Assembly (NCBI RefSeq): GCF_009914755.1
Contig: NC_060948.1
Strand: one strand, 5' to 3'
DNA from: the human T2T-CHM13v2.0 reference genome, Homo sapiens
DNA length: 64,000 nucleotides
This document shows, in pieces, positions 26,401-40,094 of the stretch. The notes beneath the pieces are model-generated. The model had not been told where the DNA came from, did no database searches, and was given only the letters and a program-made list of their open reading frames with translations. The position numbers and the translations under genes were made by a program. The number at the start of each line of letters is the position of its first letter. Within the stretch, counting starts at the first letter, position 1.

Positions 26401-29400
26401 TCATCCTGTGCAAAAATCCACTGTTCTATAGAGAAGAGGAGCACACCACACCAAATAGCAGACATCTCACAGGGATTCACTGTCATGTGGCCAAACCAGG
26501 GAGGGACACTAGCAGTCATGACCCCACAGCCCCTTCTATTTCTCTTGAATTCAGTTCCCTGCTGAGCACATGCTTCATGTTTTGAGGGGGCACTCCTGCA
26601 TCATCTTGGGATTTCATCCTGGGACATACAGTGTGAGAAGCAGTAAGGTCAGATAGAGGTGAGAATACAATCTGGTGAGGGGTGGATGGGGTCCCACAAG
26701 TTCACCTGCAAAAAAAATGGAAACAGATGACACAGAAGTTGCTTCTAATTCCATCCCTGCATTTCCTTAATTGCACAAGCAGTCCACAACATGGTCTAGT
26801 GTTCAGGTGGGAGTACTCCAACGTCCAATTAACATTTGCAGTGCAAATTGGGGCCATCCTGGCAAACTCTTGATTTGAGGGCTTTCATACCCAGAACCAA
26901 AAGGGAGCAGAATGGATTGATGCCGGGTGGGATTTCATCTCCACACTTTCCACTTCTTTTTCTTACTTCCATATTCTTCATCAGCCTAGGGTTTCCTGGG
27001 TCTGGCTCAATGACTTCCACACTAAACATTTCTCAGTTTACAGAGAACAATCTTTATGGGAATCCATTGTGGGAATGTTTCCTTCTAAACACTGTTAAGT
27101 TTCAATGACTGAGCAGCTTTGATACTTTTAAAACCGTAAATTCCCATTAGAGCCTCCACCAAGGAAACTCTTGTTCTCCTACTTCTATGGCAGAACTGCA
27201 TGATTCCTGTAGCATAAGAAGCAGGCCACTGTGTCTGGATTTTGCCTGGTAACCTAGGCTCTGTTTCATTGCATCTGCACATACATTCTCATGGTGCTGG
27301 GGTCTTTCATTGAGCTGATGCTTGTTGGGATTTCCTCTTGCCACAGGTCTTTTTGCTGTCAGGGATTTCAGAGACCAAAAATGACTTCAAGAGGCTGGTT
27401 GTCATCCAGATTGTGAATGATGGCCTCATTGTGGGGACTGAGGTTGTTTGCACATTGAAGGATGTTTTTGTCTGATCTGACAGGATCTTTGAACATTTCT
27501 GGCACTCCAGCACAAGTTAACTCTTTCTTACAGGTTAGCCTTAATTTTTGTTTTTCTTTAATGAGGGGTTCACATTGTCCCACCACATCATTACTGGACA
27601 TTTTCAGGCTTGAAATTGCCACAGACAGTCTCTGCAACACTGTCTCAACCTCTTTTGCACCCATGAGAGGCCCATTTGAGGTGTGAGAACACTGCTCCAC
27701 CTTGGATTTGCTTTTATCATGGTTTCTACCATTTTCAGAGAGATCCTGTGAGGTCCATGATGAAGGGAGGCCGTGCAGCCAAGGGTATGACCTTCTTTTT
27801 CTGATTTCACCTCTGAGTTCTCAAGTATAATTCCATCACCCAAAGACCCCTCAACAACTCATCAGGCTACATTTCAATCCCTATGCGACCCGATTCTTGC
27901 ACACAGAGCCTTTCAGAAGTGGAGTCAGAAGAGCAGTTGCCAGTGACCACCTCACAGTCTCAAAACCCATCCTCCTCCAGCAAGACCTGATCATGGATAT
28001 AGCCCAAAGAGGCCATAGGTTTGAGACATCTAGGATCCTGCAGTGGGTTATCGCAGGCACCGATTTTCCTTATGCCATGCCGGCTCTGCCTGTGGCAGTC
28101 TCCCCTGCTTAGGCAGGCAGACAGCTCTGACCTGTGGTCACCCAAGCCTGTCAGCAAAATGCGCATTCACTAATCTCAGGGCACCAGACCTGACCTGTAA
28201 TCTCTGACCACCATCACAGCAAATGCCACCATTGCCTAGCAACAGGTCCCTGTGTCTTGGCGGAGAAGGCAACTTTCGTGGAGATGCGTTGGCAGTGGAC
28301 TGTCGCCTGTCTTCTCTGCAGGATTCTCTGGATAGTCTCATAGTTCCAGGAAAGGGTAGACCTGAGACAGCCTGGAGGAACATCAATCGGAGACACAGGA
28401 ATAAACCACAAGATCCCTAAGGATCTAAAAAGATGTGCAGATGCTTCAGGCCTGCCTAGATGCTGTAGGGGTGACTCATATTGAAACTTGCCTTACTGGT
28501 ATTTCTAGATACAACTCACCTGTGTTCCCCGGGGTTGCTTTCTCCCAGGTGGGTCTTCCTGCATAACCACACAGTCCCAGAAGCCACCGGCTGTGTGTTT
28601 CTGTGGCAGTGTTTTGTGAGTGTTGGATGTCTGCATGTGGGTGTGCCTTTGTATGTTTGTGTATGTGTCTGTGTGTACCTTTAAATGGAGTCTGCTGAAA
28701 GGAATGTAGTTAACCCACTGTAACACTTCTTTTTTTGTTTTGTTTTTCTGGTCTCCCAACCTTTTTGTGGCCTATCTCTGTGGCTCTGCTTTGGCTTCAG
28801 GGCTCCGTGTCCTTTATTTTTCTCTGGATAGTGAATTTGAAGTGAGTTGTGAGGCTGCCTGAGAAATTCTGTGGTCTAAATCATCTCCCCCTGCCAAAAA
28901 AAAAAAAGCCACCCTTCTAGAAAGAAAAGAACCACACCCCTCCCAATAACAGACATCTCCCATTGTTTCAGTGTCCTGTAGCCAACAGAGTGAGAGACAC
29001 TAGCAGTCCTGTCTGCAGGGCCCCTTGAATTTACCTTGAATTCGGTTCCCAGCTGAGCAGGTGCTTCACGTTTTAATGGTGCACTCCTCCATCATCTTGG
29101 GATTTCCTTGCAGAACAGAGAGTATGAGCAGCAATAAAGTCAGAGAGGGTGTGGATACAGTCTTGTGAGGGGTGTATAGGGTCCCGCAACTTCACCTGAA
29201 AACAAATTAAAGTCAGATGACACAGACAGTGCCTCCAACTGCATCACCATATTGCAGTAATTGCACAAGGACTCCACACCGTGGCCCAGAGTTCAGGTTG
29301 TAGTACTCCACCTACAGGGAACATTGCTGTGCAAACTGGGGCCATACAGATCAACTTCCAATTTCAGGGCTTTCATACCTGGAGCCAAATGGGAGCTGGA

Positions 29401-32400
29401 TGTATTGATGCTAGGTGTGATGTGGCCTCCACACTTGCCTCTTCTTTTCCAGACTTTAATGCAATTCGTTGTCCTAGGGTTTCCTGAGGGTGACTCCATG
29501 TCTTCCATACTAAAAGTTTCCAAGTTCATGGAGAAAGACCCTCATGGGATTCCATTGCATGAGTATTTTCTTCTAAATACTGTCATGTTTTAATGACTGG
29601 TCAGCTGTCATATTTATAAAAGCATAAATTCTGGTTACAGCCATCAACAAGGAAACACCTTTTCTCACACTTCTATCAGACAGCTGCGTGATTCCTGTAG
29701 GAGGAGAAGCAGGCAGCTCTGTCTGAATTTGCCCGATAATCTTGGGTCTTTTCACTTGCTTGAACATCTTTTCTCATTGTGGAATAAATCTTTCACTGGG
29801 CTCTTGCATGGTGAGACTTCATCTCACCATAGATCTTTTGGCTGCTACAAATTTCAGAGAACAGAAAGGACTTTGGGAAGAGCGGCTTTGCTGCAGATTG
29901 TGGGTCGTGGTCTCATTGTGGTCTCAGGGTGTGTTTGCCCTTTGCAAGAGGGTTTCTGGTCCTCTGACAGGAATATATTAACATTGCTGGGACTCCAGCA
30001 AAAGTCAGCTCATTCTCTCAGTGGAGCCTTGATTTTCATTTGCTTTCATCAAGGGTCCACATTGTCCCTCAACAGCACTACTGGACACCCTTTTCTGGCT
30101 TGCAATTGCCACAGAAGTCCTCTGAGACACAGTCTCAACATCATCAGCACCCATGAGAGGCCAGCCCGAGGTGCGAGAACATTGCTCCATCTTGGATTTT
30201 CTTTTGCTGTTTTTCCTGCCTTTCCCTGAGAGTTCCAGTGAGGCCCAGAATGAAGGGAAGCATTGAGATCAAGGATCAGGCCATCTTTCACTGAGACTTG
30301 CCTCTGGGGTCTCAGATATAATTCCATCACCCAAAGACCCACCTACAACACACCAGACTATACTCCAATCCCCATGGGACCAGATTCTGGCACATAGCCT
30401 CTTTCAGGAATGGAGTCAGAAAAGCAGTTTTCAGCGACCACCTTACAATCTTGAAATGCCTTCTCCTACAGTGGGACCCGACACGAAGGGGCCCCAAGGT
30501 CAAGATATTTAGGGTACCACAATGGCTTATTGTAGTCAGACTGTTTTACAATACCAGGCCTGCTCTGCCTGTACTATTCTCCTCTGCATAGGCAGGATGA
30601 AAGCTGACATCCAGGTGCCTGAACCTGCGTTGTGAATGTGCATGTGCTAGTCTCAGGGCACCAGAACTCAGCTGTGAGCTCTGGCAAGCATCACAATGAA
30701 TGCCACTGTTACCCACAGACAATTCCCTGTGGCTTGATAAAGAAGACTTCTATAGCGGTGCATTGATGATGAATTCTCGCTTTTGTTCTTTGTGGACTCC
30801 TCAGGATAGTCTCATGATCCTAGGAAAGGGAAGAGATCAGCCAGCCTGAAGAAATGTCAAACAGAGCCCCAGAAATAAATGGTGAAATCCCTAAGGTTCC
30901 AAAATGATCTGCAGGATACCTCAGGCCTGCCTTGATTTAGTAGGGGTGTCTTTTTGAAAATTGCCCCACTGTAATTTCTATGTACAGCCCACCTCTGTTC
31001 CCTGGGTTTGCTATCTCCCACCTGGGGTTTCCTGCAGAACCATGCAGCCTCAGCAGGTGCCAGGCTCCGTGTTTTTCTGGGAGTGTTGGATGTCTGTGTG
31101 TGTTTGTGGCTTTATGTGTGTGTGTTTGTGTGTGTGCATGCCTGTAAGGAAGTCTGCTTAAAGAGATGTGGCTAACATACTGCAGCACTTTTTTTTTGTC
31201 ACCCTACATTTTGGTGGTCTGCGTGGCTCTTCTTAGGCTGTGTGGTTCTGTGTTCTTTACTTTTCTGTGGCTCAAGCATTCACAGTTAATTGGGACACGA
31301 GTTGAGACCCAAAAGGTTCAAAATAACCTCCCCTGCAACAAAAACCACTCTTCTAGAGATAAGAGGAACACACCACATCCAAGAACAGATATCTCCCAAT
31401 GTTTCATTGTCCTGCAGTGAACCCAGGAAGAGACACTAGCAGTCCTGTTAGCAGGGACTCTTGAATTTACTTCAAATTCAGTTCCCAGTTGAGCAGGTGC
31501 TTCATGTCATGAGGGTTACTCCTGAAACATCTTGAAATTTCACTCTGGATTAGAGTGTGAGCAGAAATAAGTTCAGACAGGGGTGAGGATACAGTCTGGT
31601 GTGTGGATGCCAACTAGCGTATTCACCTGCAAAAAGTGAAGATCCATTACACACAAGGTGCTCTCAACTGCATTCCCTCATTCCCTTAATTGCAGAAGCA
31701 GTGAACACCATGGCCTGGTGTTCATGTGGGAGTACTTCAAAATGCATGGCACCTTTGGAATTGCAAACTGTGACCATCCTTGCAAACTCTTGATATGAGG
31801 GCTTTCAAACCCTCAGCCAAATAGGAGAAGAATGGATTGATGCTGGATGGGATGTGGCCTTCACACTTACCTCTTCTTTTCCTGACTTCTATGTTCCTCA
31901 TTGGTCTAGGGTTTCCTGAAGCTGGTTCCATGTCTTTCACACTAAATGTTTCCCACTTCATGGAGGACAACCCTCATGGGGATCAATTGCATCATAAACA
32001 CTGTCACATTTTAATGACTGGTCAGCTGTCATAATTTTAACAGAGTAAATTCCCATTACAGCCACCAAAAAGGAAATGTTTATTCACCCACTTCTATTGA
32101 AGGGCAGCATAATTCCTGTAGAATGAGAAGCAGGCAGCTGTGCCTTGTAATCTAGGCTCTGTTTCATTTTATCCTTTGTCAATGTTCAGAGTGTCTTTCA
32201 TTAGGCTGTTGCAGGATGGGACTTCTTCTTGCCACAGATCGTTTCATTGCCAGAAATTTCAGGGTGCAAAATGGACTTTGAATAGGCTTGCTGCACTCCA
32301 GTTTGTGGTTAGAGGTCTCAGTGTGGAAGCTGAGGTTGTTTTCACTTTGAAGGAGGCTTTTGAGTACTCTGACAGGAATTTTGGAATGCTGCCAGGACTC

Positions 32401-35400
32401 CAGCACAAATCAGCTTATTCTCTTAGGTAAGCCTTGATCTTTCATTTCATCCACTGTATCCCTCAAGAGCACCACTGGAAACCCTCTTCTGGATGGAAAT
32501 AACCACAGAGGGCATTTGAGACATTGTCTAAACTTCATCTGCACACTTGAGAGGACTTTTTGAAGTGCAAAAATACTGATCCACCATGGAACTGCCTTTG
32601 TCAGTGTTCCTGTCTTTCCCAGAGAGCTGCTGTGAGGCCCAGAATGAAGGGAGGCAGTGAGGCTAAGGTCATGGCCAACTTTCACTAGCACTTGCCTCTG
32701 GGGTCTAAGGTGTAATTCCATCACCAAAAGACCCCTCAAAAACTCACCAGACTATATTCCAATCCCCAAGGGACCCAATTATTGTGCACACTTTCTTTAA
32801 GTAATGGAGTCAGAAGAGTAGTTTCCAGTGAACACCTCAGAGGCTGGAAATGCCTCTTCCTCCAGTGGGACCTGACCACAGAGATATCCTGAATGTGGCC
32901 CTAAGGTCAAGACTTTTAGGGTCCCGCAGTGGGTTATCACAAGTAACATTTTCCTGATACCAGACCGGTTCATGAATGTGCATGCCCTTGTCTCAGGGAA
33001 CAAGAACTGTTCTGTGAGCTCTGCATAGAGTCGCAATGAATGGCACTGTTGCCTAGAGACAAATGCCTGCAGCTTGGCAGAGAAAGAGACCTCCGTGGAG
33101 GGGCATCGGAAGTGGACACCCCCCCCCTTCTTCTCTCTGAAATCCACAAGACAGTCCCATGATCCTAGGAGGAAGCAGACATGAAACAGCCTTAAAAAAC
33201 GTCATGCAGAGCCCCAGAAATTAACCACAAAATAACTATGCATCCCAAAAGATCCGCACAATGCCTCAGGCTTGTCTTGATTATGCAGGGATGAGTTTTT
33301 TTGAAACTTGTGCTGCTGTGATTTCTAGGTATAGTCCACCTGTGTTTCCCAGGGTTGCCCTATCTCAGGAGCTTCCTGCAGCACCACACAGCCTCAGAAA
33401 TTGCCAAGATATGTGTTTCTGTGGGATTGCAGTAAATCTTGGATGTCTGTGTGTATGCGTCCTTGTATGTCTGTGTGTTTTTCTCTGTGTGTGTATGCCT
33501 GCATCTGGATTCCTCTTAAAGAAATGTGGCTAACGCATATCAGTGCTTCATTTTTTTAAAACTCTTTCAAACTTTTGGTGGCCTATCATGAATCACCTTC
33601 CTGTCCAAAGGAGCCACTCTTCTAGAAAGAAGAAGAGCACACCACACCAAAAAACAGATCTCCCTGTGTTTCATTGCTCTGCCCCTAACCCAGGGAGAGA
33701 CACTAGCAGTCCTGTCCACAGGGCCCTTTGAATTTACCTCGAATTACGTTCCCAGCTGAGCAGGTGCTTTATGTTATAAGGGAGAACTCCTCCATCATCT
33801 TGGAATTTTATCCTGGGTCATACAGTGTGAGCAGAAGTAAGGTCATATAGGGGTGAGGATACAATCTGATGAGGGGTGGATGGAGTCCTGCAACTTCACC
33901 TGCAAATGAAATTAAGACAGATGACACAGAATGTGCTTCCAACTGAATCCCACATTCCCTTAATTGCACGAGCAGTCTGCACAATAGTCCGGCGTTCAAT
34001 TTGGAGTATTCCAACATTCAAGGAACAGTTGGAATGTAAATTGGGGCCTTCCTGGCAAACTTTTGATTTGAGGATTTTCATAGCTGACACCAAATGGGAG
34101 TGGAAAGGATTGATTCTGGGTGTGATATGGCCTCCACACTTGCCTCTTCTTTTTCTGATTTCCATGTTTTTTGTTTGCCTAGGGTTTCCTTGGTTTGGCT
34201 TAACCAATTACACACTAAACCTTTCCCAGTGCACTGAGGATGACCCTGATGAGAATCCATTGCATGAGTTTTTCCTTCTGAATACCATTATGTTTTAATT
34301 AATGGGCAGCTTTGATACTTTTAAAACCATAAATTCTTGTTACAGCAGCCAACAAGTAACCTCAACAACACACCAGACAATAAGCCAATACCTATGGAAC
34401 AAGATTCTTGCACACAGCGTCTTTCAGGAATGGAGTCAGAAGAACAGTTTCCAGTGATCACTTCACCATCTCAAAACACTTCAGATTCCAGTGGGATCTG
34501 ACCCCAGAGACAACCCGAAGGGACCCTAAGTTTGAGACATTTAGGGTCCTGCAGTGTGTTATCTCAGACAGCATTTTTCCCAACAGCAAGCTGTCTGAAT
34601 CTCTACCATTTTCCTCTGCAGGCAGGCTGGCAGCTCTGACAGTCAGGCACAGGAGGCTACCTCGTGAATACACATTTCCAAGTCTCAGGGCATGAGGCCT
34701 GAGATTTGAGCACTGGCTAGCATCACAATCAATGCCACTTTTGCCTAACGACAAGTCCCTGCATGTTTGGGGAAAAGGGGACCTCCATGAAGGTGCATAT
34801 GGTGCAGACTCCTGCCTGTCTTCTCTCTGGGATCCTCGAGATGGTCCCGTGGTCCTAGGAGACATCAGACTTGAACCAGCCTGAAAAAATATCAAGCAGA
34901 GCTTCAGGAACAAAGTGCAAAATTTCCAAACATCCAAAAGCATCTGCAGGATGCCTTAGTCATGCCTTGATTTTGTAGGGTTGGGTCTTTTGAAACCTAC
35001 CACATTGTGATTTCCAGGTACAGCCCACCTGTGTTACCCAGGTTTGCCATCTTTCAGGTGAAGCTTCCTGTAGAACTACAGAATCTCAGAAGCTGCCTTG
35101 CTATGTGATTCTGATGGAGTGTTGCAGGTGCTGGATGTCTGTGTGAGTGTATGGCTTGTGTGTTTGTATGTGTGTGTGTGTGTGTGGCTGTAAGTGGAGT
35201 CTGCTTAAAGCAATGTGGCTAATGCACTACGGAACTTCCTATTTTTGAATCTTCCAACCTTTTTGTGGCCAGTCAGTGTTTGCTCTGCTTTGGCTGCAGG
35301 GTTGATGTTCTTTGTTTTTCTGTGGATTATAAATTCATAGTAAATTGGGACACTGGCTGAGACACGCTGGTGTTCAAATCACACCCCCCTCCCATAAAAA

Positions 35401-38400
35401 CAAAATAAAAGCCACTCTTCTAGAAAGAAGAGGAGCACATGACACCCCAAACCAGGGAGAGATATTAACACTCAATTCCACAGAGCCCCTTGAATTTATC
35501 TGAAATTCGTTTCCCAGTCAAGCAGGTGCTTCACGTCATCATGAGGCATGCCTCCATCATCTAGTGATTTCATTCTGGGACACATAGTGTGAGCAGCAAT
35601 AAGGTCAGATGGGGTGAAGATACAATCTGATGGGGGTAAATTGACTCCTGCACGTTCTCCTGCATTAAAGGTGAAGAGAGATGACACAGAAGTTGCTTCC
35701 AAGTGGATCCCTGCATTCCTTTAATTGCACACTGTCCACATCATGGCCTGATGTTCGGGTGGAAGTTCTACAAAGTGCAGGGAACATTTGGAGTTCAAAC
35801 TGTGGCCATCCTGGCAAACACCAGATTTGAGAGCTTTCAAACCCCGATCCAAATAGGAGTGCGATGTATTGATGATGGGTGTGATGTTCCCTACATAATT
35901 GCCTCTTCTTTTCCTGATTTCCATGTTCCTTATCAGCCTAGGGTTTGCTGCGTCTGGCTCCACGTCTTCTACACTAAGCAATTTATAGTTCATGGAAGAT
36001 GACCCTCATGGGAATCCATTGCATGAGTGTTTCCTTCTAAACACAGTCATGTTTTAATGACTGAGCAGCTTTGATACTTTTAAAAGCATGAATTCTTTTT
36101 ACAGCCACCAACAAAGTAACTCTGGTTCTCCCACTTTTAACAGAGGGCTGCATGATTCCCTTAGAGTGAGAACCAAGCAGCAGTGTCTGACTTTTGCCTG
36201 GTAATCTAGGCTCTGTTTCATTTCATCTGCGCATCCTTTCTCATTGTGGAGAGAATCTTTCATGGGGCTCTTGCTGGATGGGGCTGCCTCTCACCACACA
36301 TCTTTGGCTGCCAGGGATTTAAGAGCAAATGAGACTTTGGGTAATCTAGCTGCACTCCTTGTTGTTGGTCTTCATCTAGTTGTGGGATCTGTTGTTTGCA
36401 CTTTGTAGGAGGCTTTTGGTGCCTCAGCCAGGAATCTTTGAACATTGCCTGGACTCTAGCACAATTCAGCTCATTATCTCAGGTGAACTTTACTTTCTTT
36501 TTTTTTTTCTTTCATGGGAGGTTCAGAGTCCCCCTCGACAACACTACTGGTCACTCTTTTTCTGCTTGCAATAAACACAGATGGTCTCTGGGACACTGTC
36601 TTAATATCATCTGCACTCTTGAGAGGCCAATTAGAGGTGTGAGAACACTGCTTTACCTTGCACTTGCCTTTGCCATGGTTCCTGCCTTTCCCAGAGAGCT
36701 CCAGTGAGGCCCAGGATAAAGGGAGGCAATGAGGACAAGGTCCCTGCCAAACTTTGGTGAACCTGCCTCTGGGGTCTCAGGTATGATTCCATTACCAAAA
36801 GGCCCCTCAACAACTCACTAGACTATATACCAATCCCCATGGGAACTGATTCCTCCACACAGCCTCTTTCCGAAATGGGGTCAGAAGAGCAGTTTCCACT
36901 GACAACCTCAGAGTCTCAAAATACCTCATGCTCCAGTGTGACCTGAATACAGAGAGGGCCTGAATGGGCCCTAAGATGGAGACTTTTAGGGTTCCACAGA
37001 GGATTATCACAGCCAGCCTTTCTCCTGATACCATTCTTGCTCTGCTTGCACCATTTTCCTTTCCTTAGGCAAGCTGACAACTCTAACATCTGGGCCCCGG
37101 AGCCTGCCTCCCGATTGTGCATGAGCTAGTCTTAGGGCACAAGGCCTGACCTGTGAGCTCTGGCTAGCATCACAATAATGGCCCTGTTGCCTAATGGCAT
37201 GTCCCTGTGGCTTGGCAGAGAAGGAGACCTCTCTGGCTTTGCATCAATGGTAGACCTTCACCTGTCTTCTCTATGGAATACAGGGGACATTCCTATTATC
37301 CTGGGAGATGGCAGACATGATCCAGCCTGAAGAAACATCTAGCAGAGCCCCAGGAATAAATAATGAAATCCCTAATGATTCAAAATAATCTTCGGGATGC
37401 CTCAGCCCTCCTAGATGTTGTAGCAGTTTGAATCTTTTTGAAACTTGCCACACGTGATTTCTAGGTACAGCCTGTCTGTGTTCCCAGGGGTCCCTCTCTC
37501 TCTGGTGGGGTTTTCTGCAGAACCACACAACTTTAGAAACTTCTGGGCTGTGTGTTTCTGTAGGAGTGTTGTAAGTATTGGATTTCTGTGTGTGTGTGGC
37601 ATTGTGTACTTGTGTGTGTGTGCATGTGTGTTTGCCTGTAGGTGGAGTCTACTTAAAGGAATGTGGCTAATGCACTGCAGCACTTTTTTTCTTTTGAGTC
37701 TCCCAACTTTGTTGGCCTGCCTGTGTGGCTCTCCTGAGAATGCAAGCCTCCCTCTTCTTTATTTCTCTGTGACTTATGAATCCACAGTGAATTAGGAGGC
37801 TGGCTGAAACCCACGAAGGGCCAAGTCAACTTCTCCCTGCAAACAAATCCACTCTTCTAGAAATAGGAGGAGCACACCACATGCTAGAACAGACATCTCC
37901 CAGTGTTTTATTTTGTGGCCAACACAGGGAAAGACACCAGAAGTCCTTTCTGCAAGGACCCTTGAAATTACCTCAAATTTGATTACCAGATGAGCAGATT
38001 CTTCAAGTCTTGAGGGGGCACTCCTCCATCGTCTTGAGTTTTCATCCTGGGGCAGAGAGTGTGATCAGCAATAAGGAACAGTGAGAGGTGAGATTACTCT
38101 CTGTGGTGGATTCGGTCCTGCGACTTCACATGCAAAAAGGGAAAGACTGATAACACAAAAGGTGCTTCCAATTGCATACCCACATTCCCTTAATTGCACA
38201 AACAGTGCATACAATGGCCCGGTGTTCAGGTGAAAGTACTCCAACATGCAGGAAACATTTGTAGTGCAAACTTGGGTGATCATGGCAAACTCTTGGTTTG
38301 AGGGATTTCATACCCTGAAGCAAATGGGAATGGGATGGGATGGGTTGATGCAGGGTGGGATGTGGCCTCCACACTTGCTTCTTCTTTTTCTGGCTTCCAT

Positions 38401-40063
38401 GTTCCTCACGGGCCTAGGGTTACCTGGTTCAGGCTCAATGTCTTCCATACTAAACGTTTCCCAGTTCACGGAGGATGGCCTTCATGGAAATCCACTGTGC
38501 GAGTGTTTTGTTGTAAACATTGTCATGTTTTAATGACTGGGCAGATGTGATATTTTTAAAATTACAAATTCCCATTACAGCTGCCAACAAGGAAACTCTT
38601 GTTCTCCTGCTTCTATCAGAGGGCTGCATGATTCCTGAAGGATGAGAAGCAGGCCACCAAGTTTGGCTTTTCCCTGATAATCATGGCTCTGTTGCATTCC
38701 ATCTGCATGTCCTCTGTCTTTGTGGTGGGGATCTTTCATTGGGCTGTTGCTGGATGGGACTGCCTCTCATCACACATCTTTTGGTACCAGGGATTTCAGA
38801 GAGCAAAACGATGTCAAGTAGGCTGGGAGCACTCCATGTTCTGGGTGGTTATCTCCTTGTGGGGGCTGAGGTTACCTGCACTTTGCTGGAGGCTTTTGGG
38901 TCCTCTGATAGAAATCTTTAAATGTTGCTTGGATTCCAGCACAAGTCAGCTCATTCTCTCAGGTGAGCCTTGATTTTCCTTTCCTTTCATGGCAGTCCAC
39001 AGTGCCCCTCAACAGCACTACTGGACACAATTTTCAGGCTTGCAATCAGCACAGACAGCCTCTGAGACAGTCTCAACCTTATGTGCACCCACAAAAACCC
39101 AGTTTGAGGTTTGAGAACACTGCTCCACATCAGACTGCCTTTGTCATGGTTCCTGGCTTTCACAGAGAGTCCCTGTGAGACCCAGTTTGAAGGGAGGCAC
39201 TGAGGCCAAGGGCCTGGCCTTCTTTCACTGACACCCACCTCTGGGGTCTCAGGTATAATTGCCTCAACCAAAGACCCATCATCAACTCAGCAAACTATAT
39301 TCCAATCTTCATGGGTCTGATTCTTGCATAAAACCTCTCTTGGGAATCAAGTCAGAAGAGCAGTTTCCAGTGAAGACCTTAAAATCTTGAAACACCTCCC
39401 ACTTCAGCAGGACTGAGCTTGGAGACATCGTGAAGGGGCCCAAAAGTTGAGTCTTGCAGTGAGGTGTCGCAAGCAGCCTTTTTCCTGATATCAGGCCAGC
39501 TCTGCCTGTAACATATTCCTCTTCTTAGGCAGGATGACAGTTCTGACAGCTGGGCCCCTGAGCCTGCTAACAAATGCACATGTACTAGTTTGAGGACACC
39601 TGGCCTGAGAAGTGAGTTCTGGCTATCTTCACCATAAATGCCAACTTGCCTAGTGACAAGTCTCTGCTGCTTGGCACAGATGGCAGCCTTCTTGAAGGGG
39701 CAACAGTGGGGAACTCTTTCCTGTCTTCCTTGTGGGATTCACGGGATAGTCTGATGATCCCAGAGAGGGCAGTCATGAGCCAGCCTGGAGAAACCTCAAA
39801 CACAGCCCCAGAAATAAACCACAAAATCTCTAAGGACCCAGAAGGATCTGCCAGATGCCACAGGCCTTCCTAGATGTCATAGCGGTGACTTCTTTTGAAA
39901 CTTGCCCCACTGTGATTTTAAGATACAGCCCACATGTGTTCCCTGGGGTTGCTCTCTCCAAAATGAGGCATCCTGCAGAACCACACAGCCTCAGAACCTG
40001 CTAGACTGTGTGTTTCTGTGGGAGTATTTTGAGTGTTGGATGTCTGCGTGTGTATGTGGCTTT

Positions 40064-40094
<31 letters not shown>

